DNA of 64,000 nucleotides from Candidatus Latescibacterota bacterium (GTDB lineage Bacteria; Latescibacterota; UBA2968; UBA8231): positions 4,768,001 to 4,832,000 of the forward strand of contig OZ244561.1 in NCBI GenBank assembly GCA_965217585.1, in the 5' to 3' direction. Position numbers and translations under genes: made by a program. Within the stretch, counting starts at the first letter, position 1; the number at the start of each line of letters is the position of its first letter. The notes under the pieces were generated by a model. It was not told the origin of the DNA. It did no database searches and saw only the letters and a program-made list of their open reading frames with translations. This document shows positions 28,495 through 38,623 of this stretch, piece after piece.

Positions 28495-29861
28495 GGGCCC
28501 TGCTAATCTGCCTCGCGCTATACGCCTGCGCGGAGGAAAGTCCGCAAAAAAAAGTGCGTCCCGGCGCGGCCATGGACGCCGAAGTGCTCTTTGCGCGCGG
28601 TACCGCGCTCGCCTCCGAGGGCCGCCATACCGAGGCCATCGACGCCTACCAGCAGGCCGCCGCGCTCGCGCCTAGGTCCGTCAAGGTTCACTACAACCTC
28701 GGCAATGCCTACGCGCGCCGGCTCGATTACCCCCGCGCGATTGCGGCCTATCAGCGCGTATTGGCGCTGGACTCGACGCACGTATCAGCGCGGCACAATC
28801 TCGCGGCGATGTACGTCAAACAGCTCAACTACGCCCAAGCCATTGACGAACACCGCCGGGTACTCGCGTTAGACCCCGGCCATCTGACGACCTACTACGA
28901 CCTCGGCTACATCTACTTCTTGCGCGGCGAGTACGGCGAGGTGGAAACGCTGCTACAAGCGGGTCTGGATCGCGACTCGACCAATGCCTCCTTCTACCGG
29001 CTCTTGGGCCGGACGCGCCTGAAGGAACTCGACTTTGAGCGGGCCGCGGCCGCCCTGACACGCGCCGTCGCGCTGGATAGCACGGACGCAGCCGCGTACG
29101 TCGATCTGGCGCAGGTGGAACTCAAGCGGCGCGAGTACGCGGCGGCTGAACGCGCCGTCCGCCGCGCCATCGCACTTGACCCCCTGTTCAAGGAGGCGTA
29201 TTTCGCGCTGGCCAATGCTCTCAAGCGGCTCGGCCGCCGCGAGGAGAGCACCGAAGTGCTGGCGCAGTTTCGGGCGCTCGACCAGCAGTTCGACAAAATC
29301 GACGACCAGCTGCGGATGCTGGGCAATGTGCCCGACGACCACGAGGCGCGAGCGCAACTGGGCCTGCTGTACACCGAGCAGGGTCGCTTGGCCGAAGCGG
29401 CCGAAGCGTATCGGCTGGCCGTGCGCCTCGCACCGGACAGCCTGCGCTACCGCAACAACTTAGGCAACCTCTACCTGCGCTTGGGCCAATTCGTCGAGGC
29501 CGTCGCCGAGTATCAAGCCGCGCTGGCCTTGGACCCAGAATACGCCAAGGCCCACTACAATTTGGGTCAGGCCTACATGCGCTTGCAGCGCTTTGACGAG
29601 GCCGTAGCGAGCCTCGCCGAAGCGCGTCGCCGCGCCCCAGAAGACGCGGAAACCCATTACTTTTTGGGGCTGCTACACGCGCGGGCCGGCGACTACGCCG
29701 AGGCCGCCGAGATGCTGACCGTCGCGGTGGCGGCGCGGCCAGACTGGCTCGACGCGCGGCAGAAGTTGGCCGTGGCGTACTTGAAGTCTGGCAAGGTAGA
29801 AGAAAGCAAGCGAGAGTTGGAGGCGATCCGGCAAATGAAAGAGAGCGGGCAGCATGAATAA
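28491..29861 (+). CDS. TPR-repeat lipoprotein
   Basis: LYAC lipobox-like; repeated HYNLG/HNLA TPR units. Confidence 0.9.
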   Translation: MRALLICLALYACAEESPQKKVRPGAAMDAEVLFARGTALASEGRHTEAIDAYQQAAALAPRSVKVHYNLGNAYARRLDYPRAIAAYQRVLALDSTHVSARHNLAAMYVKQLNYAQAIDEHRRVLALDPGHLTTYYDLGYIYFLRGEYGEVETLLQAGLDRDSTNASFYRLLGRTRLKELDFERAAAALTRAVALDSTDAAAYVDLAQVELKRREYAAAERAVRRAIALDPLFKEAYFALANALKRLGRREESTEVLAQFRALDQQFDKIDDQLRMLGNVPDDHEARAQLGLLYTEQGRLAEAAEAYRLAVRLAPDSLRYRNNLGNLYLRLGQFVEAVAEYQAALALDPEYAKAHYNLGQAYMRLQRFDEAVASLAEARRRAPEDAETHYFLGLLHARAGDYAEAAEMLTVAVAARPDWLDARQKLAVAYLKSGKVEESKRELEAIRQMKESGQHE

Positions 29862-31425
29862 GCGTTGGCTGGGAACGGCACTTTGTTCGGCGCTGGTCGG
29901 CCTAAGCGGCTGCGCCGAGGACGGCCCGGCCGTGGCCGCTGAAGATGCCGTCTTGGTGGAGGTGGGGCAAACGGCGATTCGGGTGGCGGACTACCGCCAG
30001 TACATCGCGCGGGTGGCACCGGAATTGCGGGCGGAGTACGGGGCCGATCAGTTCTTGGAAGCCATCGTCGAGCAAGCGCTGCTCGTGCAGGAAGCCGAGC
30101 GGCGAGGCTTGGGCAAGAGCGCGGAGTTTTTGCAATGGCTAGCGCAGGCGCAGGCGCGGCTGGTGCAGCAGGCCTTGTACGAGCGCGCCGGAATCGTCCA
30201 GCCCGAGGTCGCCGAGGAGGAGCTATGGGCTTACTTCCAGCACAGCCCGCACAACCGCCGCGTGCGCTTCAGCCTGCTGATGGTGCGCGACCAAGAGCAG
30301 CTACCGGGGATTTTGGCCGCACTCGCCGAGGGCGCGGACTTTGAGCAGCTGTCGATGCAGCACTCGCAGGATTCGCGAATTCTAGAGCGCCGCGCCGACA
30401 TGGGCTATCACCGCTGGGGCGAGACCATGGCCTCGCACGCCGCCCTGACCGAAAGGGCCTTCTCCATGCAGATCGGGGAGATCTCCGAGCCGATGCAGGT
30501 GGCCGATGGGTACTTTCTCATCAAGCTCACGGACATGCACCCGGTCAGCTTTGAGCAGGAGCGGGAGACCATCCAGCGCTTGGTGCTGCGGGAAAAGCTC
30601 GGGCGGCAGCTATTGGCTTATTACGATACCCTGCACGTGCGCTATAATGTGCGCTACGAGCCGGACGGGCTGGCGGCGGACCGGTCGCCAGAGGCCGTCG
30701 TGGCCGCGTACGACGGCGGGGTGCTAACGGTCGCCCAGGCCCGCGAACTGCTAAAGGGCCAGGGTGCGAGCGAGAAGGTGCTGCGGCGCGAGGTCGGGCG
30801 GCGCGTGTTGGTCCCGCTCGAAACCGCGCGACTCGCGCTCGCTACCGACCTGGACCTGCAGCGCGAACTGGAGCGACTACGGCAGGTGCAGCTTGCGCGG
30901 CGCTTGCAGGACGCGCTGCAAGAGCAGGTGCCACCGCCCAATCTCAACGGCCTGAGCCTGTTTTACGAGGAGCACAAGCTCCGCTACACCGCGCCAGCCG
31001 AGGTGGAGGTGCGTCGGCTCCTCGCCGGCGACGAGACCGAGGGCACCGCCATCGTCGAGCGGATGCGCGCCGGCCGCGATACGACTGAGCTAGTCGACCG
31101 CTTCGTCAGCGTGATCTACGGCAGCGGTGCGCTGGAGGGCGACAATCCGGTCGGCCGCGCCCTGCGCGCCGACGAAGGGACTTTCCACGGTCCTTTTGCC
31201 ACGGATAATGGTTATATTGTCTTACAGGTGTTGCGCCGCCGCCCGCCCCGACTGCCGCCACTGGACGAAATCCGCGAGCAGGTAGAGGCGGATTGGGCGG
31301 CGGCCCAGCTCCAAGCTGCGGTCAAGACGCTGGCCGCGTCCCTGCGTCAGCGCCGCGCCAACGAAATCCGCTTCAGCCCAGACGCTGTAGCACTAGCCCT
31401 TTTGGCCACTCCTCATGGCGAATAA
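29854..31425 (+). CDS. SurA/PpiC-like peptidyl-prolyl isomerase lipoprotein
   Basis: Lipobox LSGC; GADFEQLSMQHSQD, GEISEP, GPFATDNGY. Confidence 0.85.
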   Translation: MNKRWLGTALCSALVGLSGCAEDGPAVAAEDAVLVEVGQTAIRVADYRQYIARVAPELRAEYGADQFLEAIVEQALLVQEAERRGLGKSAEFLQWLAQAQARLVQQALYERAGIVQPEVAEEELWAYFQHSPHNRRVRFSLLMVRDQEQLPGILAALAEGADFEQLSMQHSQDSRILERRADMGYHRWGETMASHAALTERAFSMQIGEISEPMQVADGYFLIKLTDMHPVSFEQERETIQRLVLREKLGRQLLAYYDTLHVRYNVRYEPDGLAADRSPEAVVAAYDGGVLTVAQARELLKGQGASEKVLRREVGRRVLVPLETARLALATDLDLQRELERLRQVQLARRLQDALQEQVPPPNLNGLSLFYEEHKLRYTAPAEVEVRRLLAGDETEGTAIVERMRAGRDTTELVDRFVSVIYGSGALEGDNPVGRALRADEGTFHGPFATDNGYIVLQVLRRRPPRLPPLDEIREQVEADWAAAQLQAAVKTLAASLRQRRANEIRFSPDAVALALLATPHGE

Positions 31426-32467
31426 TTCCATCGTCCTGCAACCTGCTTATATCGTCGATCGTCGGCAGGACTATATCTGGTTTGTGAGCCTGCCCTTTGC
31501 CGCGGTCTGCTTTGCGCTCGTGTCGGGGCACTACCTGCCGGGGGCGGCGCTGGCGGCGATTGCCTTGTGGGTGACCATCCCCCACCACTTCGTCACTTGG
31601 CTGCGCGTCTATGGCTCGCCTGCGGAGTTCGCCCGCTTCAAGGAGCGCTTCATTCTCGGGCCGGTGCTCTTGGTTGCCTTTGCCTACGGCCTGATCCAGT
31701 GGGCGCCGTTGAGCTTGGTGTTGATCGTTACTTTGTGGGATCACCAGCACAGCTTGATGCAGCAATACGGCTTTGCGCGCGTGTACGATTTCAAGGCCAA
31801 GGCCGGTTCGCCCGCCACGGCCAAGTTTGATCTGGCCTTCAATTGGATCTTCTTTGGCAACATGCTCGTAGTGTCGCCGCTGTTTTCCACGGTCTGGGTG
31901 CGCATGTTGCACGAGTGGCGCTTGCCTATAAGCGCGGAGGCCGTGCAATGGGTACACCAAATTTCGTGGACCATTGCCATTGCCTACGGCCTGATCTACT
32001 TGGGACACATCGCCTATTGCGCCCGGCGCGGCTTGGTGCTCAACCCCCTCAAATACGCCTTTCTGCTGTCGAGCTATTTCCTGTGGTACTTCACTAGTTT
32101 TGCCACGGCCTATCTACTCGTCTTTGCGGTGGCGCACCGGATCATGCACGGGATCCAGTACATCGTCATGGTGTATTTCTACAACCGCCACAAGGTCGAG
32201 CGCACGGGCGGCGACTCGGCCCTGCTGCGCTACGTGTCGGGCAAAGGCGGCGTCAAGTTCTTTCTCATGATGTGCGCAGCCTACGCCGTCGTCTTTCACG
32301 CGCTGAGCGAGGGCTTGGTGCGCGACTTTGGCTTTGGCCTAGTCGGCTTCAATACCAATTTCGACCTCTTCAGCTATTCGCTGCTCAGTTCCTTTGCCCT
32401 GATCCACTACTACTACGACGCATTTATATGGAAAGTGCGGAAAAAGGACGTGCAGGAGGGGCTGTAG
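31415..32467 (+). CDS. Uncharacterised polytopic membrane protein with conserved His motifs
   Basis: Multiple hydrophobic helices; PHHFVTW, WDHQH..QQYGF, HRIMHGIQY, IHYYYDAFIWK. Confidence 0.75.
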   Translation: MANNSIVLQPAYIVDRRQDYIWFVSLPFAAVCFALVSGHYLPGAALAAIALWVTIPHHFVTWLRVYGSPAEFARFKERFILGPVLLVAFAYGLIQWAPLSLVLIVTLWDHQHSLMQQYGFARVYDFKAKAGSPATAKFDLAFNWIFFGNMLVVSPLFSTVWVRMLHEWRLPISAEAVQWVHQISWTIAIAYGLIYLGHIAYCARRGLVLNPLKYAFLLSSYFLWYFTSFATAYLLVFAVAHRIMHGIQYIVMVYFYNRHKVERTGGDSALLRYVSGKGGVKFFLMMCAAYAVVFHALSEGLVRDFGFGLVGFNTNFDLFSYSLLSSFALIHYYYDAFIWKVRKKDVQEGL

Positions 32468-32532
32468 CAGTGGCCCTGTTGCGCTGCGGCAAAGTAGCTA
32501 CTGACCACTCATCAGGACTAGGAGATTGAGCT

Positions 32533-34374
32533 ATGCTCGAAGTCGTCCTCGCCGTCGCTATGTTCGCCGTCGCTGCGGCCATTGTCCGCCAAGCTGCGAC
32601 CGATGCGTGTTACGATCTCTCCGACGGAGAGCGCCATCCGCATAAGTGGGGCTACACGGACACCCGCTTTGAGTTCGACGGGCCGAAGACCGTGCGGGTC
32701 ACCGGCAGCCGCTATCCGCTGGCCGGCTTCACCATGCCGCACTTCATCCCCTTTGTCGAAGAAATGCTCCAGGTCCCGATTGATCCCAATGAGATGGCCG
32801 TTGAAAAAGAGGCCCAAGCCGTGCCGCCCTCGCGGGCAGACGAAAGCCTCGTCGCCGCTTGGCAGGACGCGCTCGGCGCAGAGTGCGTTTCACTCGACGA
32901 CGAGGAGCGCCTGATCCACAGCCACGGCCAGCTCAGCGTCGATGAGGTCTATCGCTTGCTCTACGGCGACGCCTTGGAGCGAGTGGTCGATTTGGTGCTT
33001 TATCCAGAGAGCGAAGATCACGTGCGCACCATCGTGCGTCTCGCCTCCGAGCACAATGTTTGTCTCGTGCCCTACGGCGGTGGCACCAACGTCAGCGGTG
33101 CGCTGGCCCTGCCCGCCGCCGATGGCCGCGTCTTCGCCTCGGTCGATATGCGGCGCATGAAGCGGATCGTCTCTGTCGACGAGGAAAACCTCCAAGCCTG
33201 CATCGAAGCGGGGATTTCGGGCAAGGAGCTGGAGCGGGAACTCGCCGCCCGGGGCTACACCGTCGGCCACGACCCCGACAGCATCGAGCTTTCGACCTTG
33301 GGCGGCTGGATCGCCACCAATGCCAGCGGCATGAAGAAAAACCGCTACGGCAATATCGAAGACATCGTCCTCGAAGCGACCTTGGTGACGCCGACCGGCG
33401 CGGTGGAGACCCTGCACACCACGCCGCGCAACTCGACCGGCATCCAGCCGCGCGGGCTGCTTTTTGGCTCGGAGGGCAACCTCGGCATCATCACCAAAGC
33501 CGTGCTCAAGATCCATCCCCAACCGGAAGTGCGCGAATACGGTTCGCTGGTGTTCAAGTCCTTTGCCCAAGGCGTGGAGTACTTGCAGGCGCTGCGGCAG
33601 ACCGGGACTTTGCCGGCGAGTATTCGCTTGGTCAACAACCAAGAATTCCGCTTCGGACAGGCCCTCAAGGCCGCGCCCTCTCCTGTGAAGCACTTCAAAG
33701 AGAAGGTGCAGAAGTTTGTCTTATTGAAGGTGTTGGGATTTGACCCGCTAAAAATGACGGCGTGTACGATCGCCATGGAGGGGACTCGCGCCGAGGTCGC
33801 GTATCAGAAGCGGACGATCTTCAAGCTGGCCAAGGCCCACGGCGGCAAGAGCGCTGGCGCTACCAACGGCCGGCGCGGCTACATGCTGACCTTTGGCATC
33901 GCCTATATCCGCGACTTTTTAAACCAGTTCGATTTCTTGGGCGAGACCTTCGAGACCTCTGTGCCTTGGAGCCGCATCCACGACGTGACGCAGGCCGTGC
34001 AAGCGGAGTTGACCGCGCAGTGTAGCGCGCGCGGCGTCGCCGGGCGGCCCTACCTGTCGTACCGGGTGACGCAGACGTATCACACGGGGGTCTGCATCTA
34101 CTTTACGATGGGGTTTTCCGGGCGGGGATTGGCGCAACCCATTGAGGTCTATCACGACATCGAGTACACGCTGCGGCAGACGATTTTGGACCACGGTGGC
34201 TCGCTGTCGCACCACCACGGAATAGGCAAAATCCGGCAGAGCTTCGTCCGGCACATCCAGAGCGACAACAGCATCGAAGTATTGCGAAAGACCAAAGAAG
34301 CGCTGGATCCGCAGAATATCTTTGGCATTCAGAATGGGATTTTTGGCAGTGCGTGCCGGGAGCCTGAGGAATAA
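32533..34374 (+). CDS. Alkyldihydroxyacetonephosphate synthase (AGPS-like FAD-linked oxidase)
   Basis: PYGGGTNVS, GHDPDS.E.STLGGW.ATNASGMKKNRYGNIED, GSEGNLG, PASIRL, RVTQTY, GGSLSHHHGIG match AGPS signatures. Confidence 0.85.
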   Translation: MLEVVLAVAMFAVAAAIVRQAATDACYDLSDGERHPHKWGYTDTRFEFDGPKTVRVTGSRYPLAGFTMPHFIPFVEEMLQVPIDPNEMAVEKEAQAVPPSRADESLVAAWQDALGAECVSLDDEERLIHSHGQLSVDEVYRLLYGDALERVVDLVLYPESEDHVRTIVRLASEHNVCLVPYGGGTNVSGALALPAADGRVFASVDMRRMKRIVSVDEENLQACIEAGISGKELERELAARGYTVGHDPDSIELSTLGGWIATNASGMKKNRYGNIEDIVLEATLVTPTGAVETLHTTPRNSTGIQPRGLLFGSEGNLGIITKAVLKIHPQPEVREYGSLVFKSFAQGVEYLQALRQTGTLPASIRLVNNQEFRFGQALKAAPSPVKHFKEKVQKFVLLKVLGFDPLKMTACTIAMEGTRAEVAYQKRTIFKLAKAHGGKSAGATNGRRGYMLTFGIAYIRDFLNQFDFLGETFETSVPWSRIHDVTQAVQAELTAQCSARGVAGRPYLSYRVTQTYHTGVCIYFTMGFSGRGLAQPIEVYHDIEYTLRQTILDHGGSLSHHHGIGKIRQSFVRHIQSDNSIEVLRKTKEALDPQNIFGIQNGIFGSACREPEE

Positions 34375-35167
34375 GATCGTCGTTATCACCGGTGCTTCTG
34401 CGGGCTTGGGCGCGACGCTGGCGTTGGAGTGCGCCCAGCAGGGAGCGCGGTTGGTTGTCTTGGCGCGGAATGCCGAAAGGCTGGAGGCCGTCGCCCGAGA
34501 GTGCGAGCAGTTGGGGAGTGAGGTGCTGACGGTCGTCGGGGATGTCGCCGTAGCCGAGGATGGTAAGCGGCTGGTGGAGGCCTCGATCGAGCGCTTTGGG
34601 CGCATAGACTACTTGGTCGCCAACGCCGGCGTCAGCATGTGGACCGAGTTTGCCGCGATTGAGGATGTGGATCTGTTCCGCAAGCTGATAGAAGTGAATT
34701 ACTTGGGGGCTGTGCACTGCGTGCATCCGGCGCTGCCGCATCTCAAAAAAAGCAAGGGCCTATTCGTGGTCATTTCGTCCATTCAGGGGCAGGTGGGGGT
34801 GCCGCTGCACACTGGATACTCGGCGTCCAAACACGCGCTACAGGGGTTTTGCGACGCTTTGCGGATGGAAGTGGCCGAGAGCGGGATGGGGGTGATGACC
34901 GTGCTCTTGCACTGGCTCAAAGGGACGGAGCTGCGGCAACGTGCACTGGGGAAAGACGGGAAGGCGTTGGGCACTGCATCGCGCAGACACCGGGCGGGAG
35001 CGGTGAGTTTAGAAGAGGCGGCGCAGGCGATTGTGCGCGGGATGCAGAAGCGACAGCAGCGGCTCTATGTGCCGAGGCGACTCAGGCTGCTAGCCGCGGT
35101 TCACGCCCTGTGGCCGTCGCTGGCCGAGTGGGTCGTCAAGGGGAAGGTGGCGCGGGAGGAAGGGTAG
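34349..35167 (+). CDS. SDR family oxidoreductase (DHRS7/DHRS7B-like)
   Basis: TGASAGLG, NAG, SSIQG, YSASK; start uncertain (34334 or 34349), overlaps the AGPS stop. Confidence 0.85.
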   Translation: MRAGSLRNKIVVITGASAGLGATLALECAQQGARLVVLARNAERLEAVARECEQLGSEVLTVVGDVAVAEDGKRLVEASIERFGRIDYLVANAGVSMWTEFAAIEDVDLFRKLIEVNYLGAVHCVHPALPHLKKSKGLFVVISSIQGQVGVPLHTGYSASKHALQGFCDALRMEVAESGMGVMTVLLHWLKGTELRQRALGKDGKALGTASRRHRAGAVSLEEAAQAIVRGMQKRQQRLYVPRRLRLLAAVHALWPSLAEWVVKGKVAREEG

Positions 35168-35175
35168 GTTGGGGG

Positions 35176-37953
35176 CTATGATCGTTCGACTTGCACCTGA
35201 TCCTTCAGTTCGAGATCATCGAGAACCTGCCGTAGCTCGGTTTCCATGTTCTGGGCAAATTGCGACCGGACACTCACGGTAAATTCTATGCCGACGCTAA
35301 GGTCTTCCCCGGAGCGCAGCTTGGGCAGCATCTTGGTTCCTAGCCGGTTCCAGATTTCGGGAGGCACGGTGCCGGTAAGCCGAAGCGTTGTCTTTTGATT
35401 GTCTGTGTCTGGCGGGGGTTCGAGACCCGGACTAGGCTTAGACGCAGGCTCAGGCTCCGCACCAGCTTTAGGTTCGGGTTCCGTTTGCGGTGGGGGCGCA
35501 TTGGCCGTCGTCTGGAGTTGCTCGGCCTTGGCCTTGGTCACCAAGAAGACATTGGTTTCAAACGCTACTTCTTCCGTGCGGATCGGCTCCGCGTACCACA
35601 GCCGCCCGAAGCTACCATCGCTCCCGGTGCCGGATGCCAAGCCAAAATCTCCTCTCGACACGAACTCGACAATCTGCCGTTGAAGGATCGCGTCGGGGTC
35701 AATCAGCCGCGTCAATGCGCCGTTCAGAAAGCTCTGGCGCAGACTTGTGAGCGGCCAAGCGCCGGTGTCTTTGAACGCCGCCGGCCAGTGGCGATCAATG
35801 TAGCCCGCACCCACGTTCTCGTTGAGCAGGGCCTCGGATTTCAAGGCACTGATAATCCGTCCGCAGAGGGTTTCGCTGGCGCTCGCGTGGCCGGCCCCGA
35901 GGTCGATGATCTTGAGCCCATGCTTTTCCTGAGTATCCGCAAGCGCGACGAAGCGATAGCCGGCCCATACTTCGTCCTTGGCCGCGGTCTCCGCGTCCCG
36001 AACATGGGTCTGAATCTCGGCGCGGTCGGTGCGGTCGTATTCTGAGCCGAGGACGCCCTCGGACACCTCTTGCGATACGCGCTTCCAGGCGAGCCATAGC
36101 TCGACCTTATCGCGCAGTTCGCGCCCCGGTTTCCGCGCACACCACACCAGCGAACCTGGGTATAGCCGTGGCGAAGTGCCCCGCTCTTGCGTCCAATGAC
36201 CAATGCGCTCGACCACTTGGTTGCCGTTTATCCATTCCTGATCGGGGTCGAGGACGATTAGGGTGAGGCGCGGAGAATCTTGGACTGTGGTGCTGTCCTG
36301 TGGGAAGAAATTTACCGGCAGGGTTGCGCCGCGTTTGAACTCCTCCTCGACGAGTTTGCGGATCGCCGGCTTGATCTCTGTAGCCTCGTCGAGTGAAGCC
36401 CGTCGGTCGCTGACGACCTTGCGCAGTGTCGCTTGATGGTGAATGCGATAGCCGTCCGTGCCGACCGTGCGGATAAAGAACCCCGATCCTTCGATAGCTG
36501 TCGCCGCGCTGTCAATAGTCGTGGTCTCGACCTCGGGCTCGCCGAGCGCAAAGCGCAATTCCGGTAGATGGGCCACCTTGTCCACCTGTCCACCGGAGGA
36601 CTCGAACAGGATGGCCGTGCCTACCCGGCGGTGGATGTCGCGCAGCGCTCCCGTGGCGTCCGCATCTAGGGATCTGGCATGTGCCATCGGCCCGGCGAGG
36701 TCGGCGTCAATTGCCACGTCGAGCCGCGACTCGCCCAACTGGCCCAAGACCACGGCGCGAAATTCGGGCACGTCCAAAGGTGCCGACCCCAGCGTAATCA
36801 GCGATTCGGTTCGCGCCCTTGTGAACTGCTCGCGTGCGGCCCAAGAAATCCACTGCGCCAGCATGGCCAGCGCGCCTCGGGTTTGTTGGAACTGGGTGAG
36901 CGCACGCCACTTGCGCTGGAAGACCGAAAGGGTTGCCGGATGGAAGGGATAGCACGCCTCGAATCGCGCCCGCAGAAATTCTCTTGCTTTGGCCTCGGTC
37001 GTCGAGGTATCGACCGCTAGCCACTCGGTGGGTAGGCGAGCGGTGCGTTCAAAGCACCAGTCCGCGTAGGTTTTGGCGACGCGCTTGCGAATGCGCTCGT
37101 TGCCGAGATCCTCGAATAGCCGCCGGCGCACCACCTCGCTGATTTCGGATTCGTCATTGGCGATTAGGTCGCGGGCGACGCGGCGCACCACCTTGGTGAT
37201 CCGATCCTGCCACTGCTGATCCCAATCGGTCATCTCGACTTGGCTGCGCGGCAGGCTGATGACCGCAGCGGCCTGAGTGGTGCCGGTGACGGCGACGGTC
37301 AGGTTTTGTAGGAAGGCGTGGAAAGGCTCGGCCATGGGGCGATGGCGATTGACGAAGTTCAGGACTTCATCGAACAACAGCAGCACGGGCGCATCCGCAG
37401 CGGCGAATACATTGGCTAGTGCCTCGGTTCCCGGTGGTGTGGTCTGCGCGGCAGCACCGAGCGCAGCGACGCCCTTATCGCCGGCTAGTTGGCGTGCTAG
37501 GTCGATCCAAGGCGTTTCCTTGCCTTCCACAGGATCCCAGGCATTGCCGACGAAGACGCCGACGCGGGCGGGAGGAGCTTCAGCAATTCCCGCTTCGTTC
37601 AGGAGGTCCGCCACGCCGGGGAACTTAGCGGAGTCCGCGCCAGCATTGGCGATATGGTACAGGGAAGCCAGGGTATGCGTCTTGCCGCCGCCGAATTGGG
37701 TGACGAGCGTGAGGACTGGTGCTGTGTTCTCGGTCTTGCCGGAAAGACGACGGAGGACCATGCCGGCGTGTTCCTTCAGGGCGCGGGTGAAGCAGGTGCG
37801 CGAGAAAAATTGCGCTGGATCGCGGTAATCCACGGGGGCGGTTTGGGCTACGATCTGCTCAAGGGCGATGGCGAACTCGTCCGGGCTGAACGAGCGGCCT
37901 TCGCGGACTTCTTTACGGAGCGTTACGATTTTATACCAAGGGTCGAGGGCCAT
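35176..37953 (-). CDS. DUF499 AAA+ ATPase (BrxC/PglY-related)
   Basis: F.RT.FT..L, Walker A TQFGGGKTH, Walker B LLLFDE, EVVRRRLF, CYPFHP, FQQTRGAL. Confidence 0.9.
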   Translation of the reverse strand: MALDPWYKIVTLRKEVREGRSFSPDEFAIALEQIVAQTAPVDYRDPAQFFSRTCFTRALKEHAGMVLRRLSGKTENTAPVLTLVTQFGGGKTHTLASLYHIANAGADSAKFPGVADLLNEAGIAEAPPARVGVFVGNAWDPVEGKETPWIDLARQLAGDKGVAALGAAAQTTPPGTEALANVFAAADAPVLLLFDEVLNFVNRHRPMAEPFHAFLQNLTVAVTGTTQAAAVISLPRSQVEMTDWDQQWQDRITKVVRRVARDLIANDESEISEVVRRRLFEDLGNERIRKRVAKTYADWCFERTARLPTEWLAVDTSTTEAKAREFLRARFEACYPFHPATLSVFQRKWRALTQFQQTRGALAMLAQWISWAAREQFTRARTESLITLGSAPLDVPEFRAVVLGQLGESRLDVAIDADLAGPMAHARSLDADATGALRDIHRRVGTAILFESSGGQVDKVAHLPELRFALGEPEVETTTIDSAATAIEGSGFFIRTVGTDGYRIHHQATLRKVVSDRRASLDEATEIKPAIRKLVEEEFKRGATLPVNFFPQDSTTVQDSPRLTLIVLDPDQEWINGNQVVERIGHWTQERGTSPRLYPGSLVWCARKPGRELRDKVELWLAWKRVSQEVSEGVLGSEYDRTDRAEIQTHVRDAETAAKDEVWAGYRFVALADTQEKHGLKIIDLGAGHASASETLCGRIISALKSEALLNENVGAGYIDRHWPAAFKDTGAWPLTSLRQSFLNGALTRLIDPDAILQRQIVEFVSRGDFGLASGTGSDGSFGRLWYAEPIRTEEVAFETNVFLVTKAKAEQLQTTANAPPPQTEPEPKAGAEPEPASKPSPGLEPPPDTDNQKTTLRLTGTVPPEIWNRLGTKMLPKLRSGEDLSVGIEFTVSVRSQFAQNMETELRQVLDDLELKDQVQVERS

Positions 37954-37996
37954 TCTGTATCTCTCTTTGATCGGTTATCTACGCGGTGGTTCAATC

Positions 37997-38623
37997 TCAT
38001 CTCCTTAGCGACTCCAAGCTCGTTACCCAGTCGTTGAATCGAGGACATTCAGCGCGAATCTTGTCCAAGCCTATCTCCATTGCCAGAAGGGGACCGTCAA
38101 CTTTCTTCTCGTACCGGGGTATAACCTTCTTAATCCGTTTGCTCGGAGCCGTGTTCTCGTTGTCATTGATGTCTTCGGGCGTCGGGAATTGTGAACGGAT
38201 GTTTCGCAGGGCCTGTATGGATGTATGCGATACACCGATCAACTTGGTAAAGGCATCCACATCAGAAAACAACAGCCCCTCAAACTCATGTCGTTGGACA
38301 TATGGGAATACTTTTTGGGGATGCCATAGGTGGTCGAGTTTCTGGCGAAGGTTTTCCTCCAATTCATCGACTGTTTTATTTCCTTTGCTACGAAACCCAT
38401 AGAAGTCAACGAGCGATGTCACGGCATCGAAGCGGTGGAGTAAGTGGGTCATTTCCGACACGAGTTGCTTCACCGAAACATTTCCACCGGTAGATCTGCC
38501 GCGGGCGCGGCCAAACAGAATCGGTGTCGGTTCGACTCCTCTTCCCCGTAAGTGATCTGCGAGAAAATGTTTGACAAATTCCTCTTCGGTTTGGCCTTCC
38601 ACCGATATGGCCAGTCGGATCAC
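37997..38623 (-). CDS. DUF4276 family (TOPRIM-like) protein
   Basis: GTG start overlapping the ATPase stop; VEGQTEEEF, VDFYG, HEFEGLLFSD, PEDIND, PSKRI, CPRFNDW. Confidence 0.85.
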   Translation of the reverse strand: MIRLAISVEGQTEEEFVKHFLADHLRGRGVEPTPILFGRARGRSTGGNVSVKQLVSEMTHLLHRFDAVTSLVDFYGFRSKGNKTVDELEENLRQKLDHLWHPQKVFPYVQRHEFEGLLFSDVDAFTKLIGVSHTSIQALRNIRSQFPTPEDINDNENTAPSKRIKKVIPRYEKKVDGPLLAMEIGLDKIRAECPRFNDWVTSLESLRR

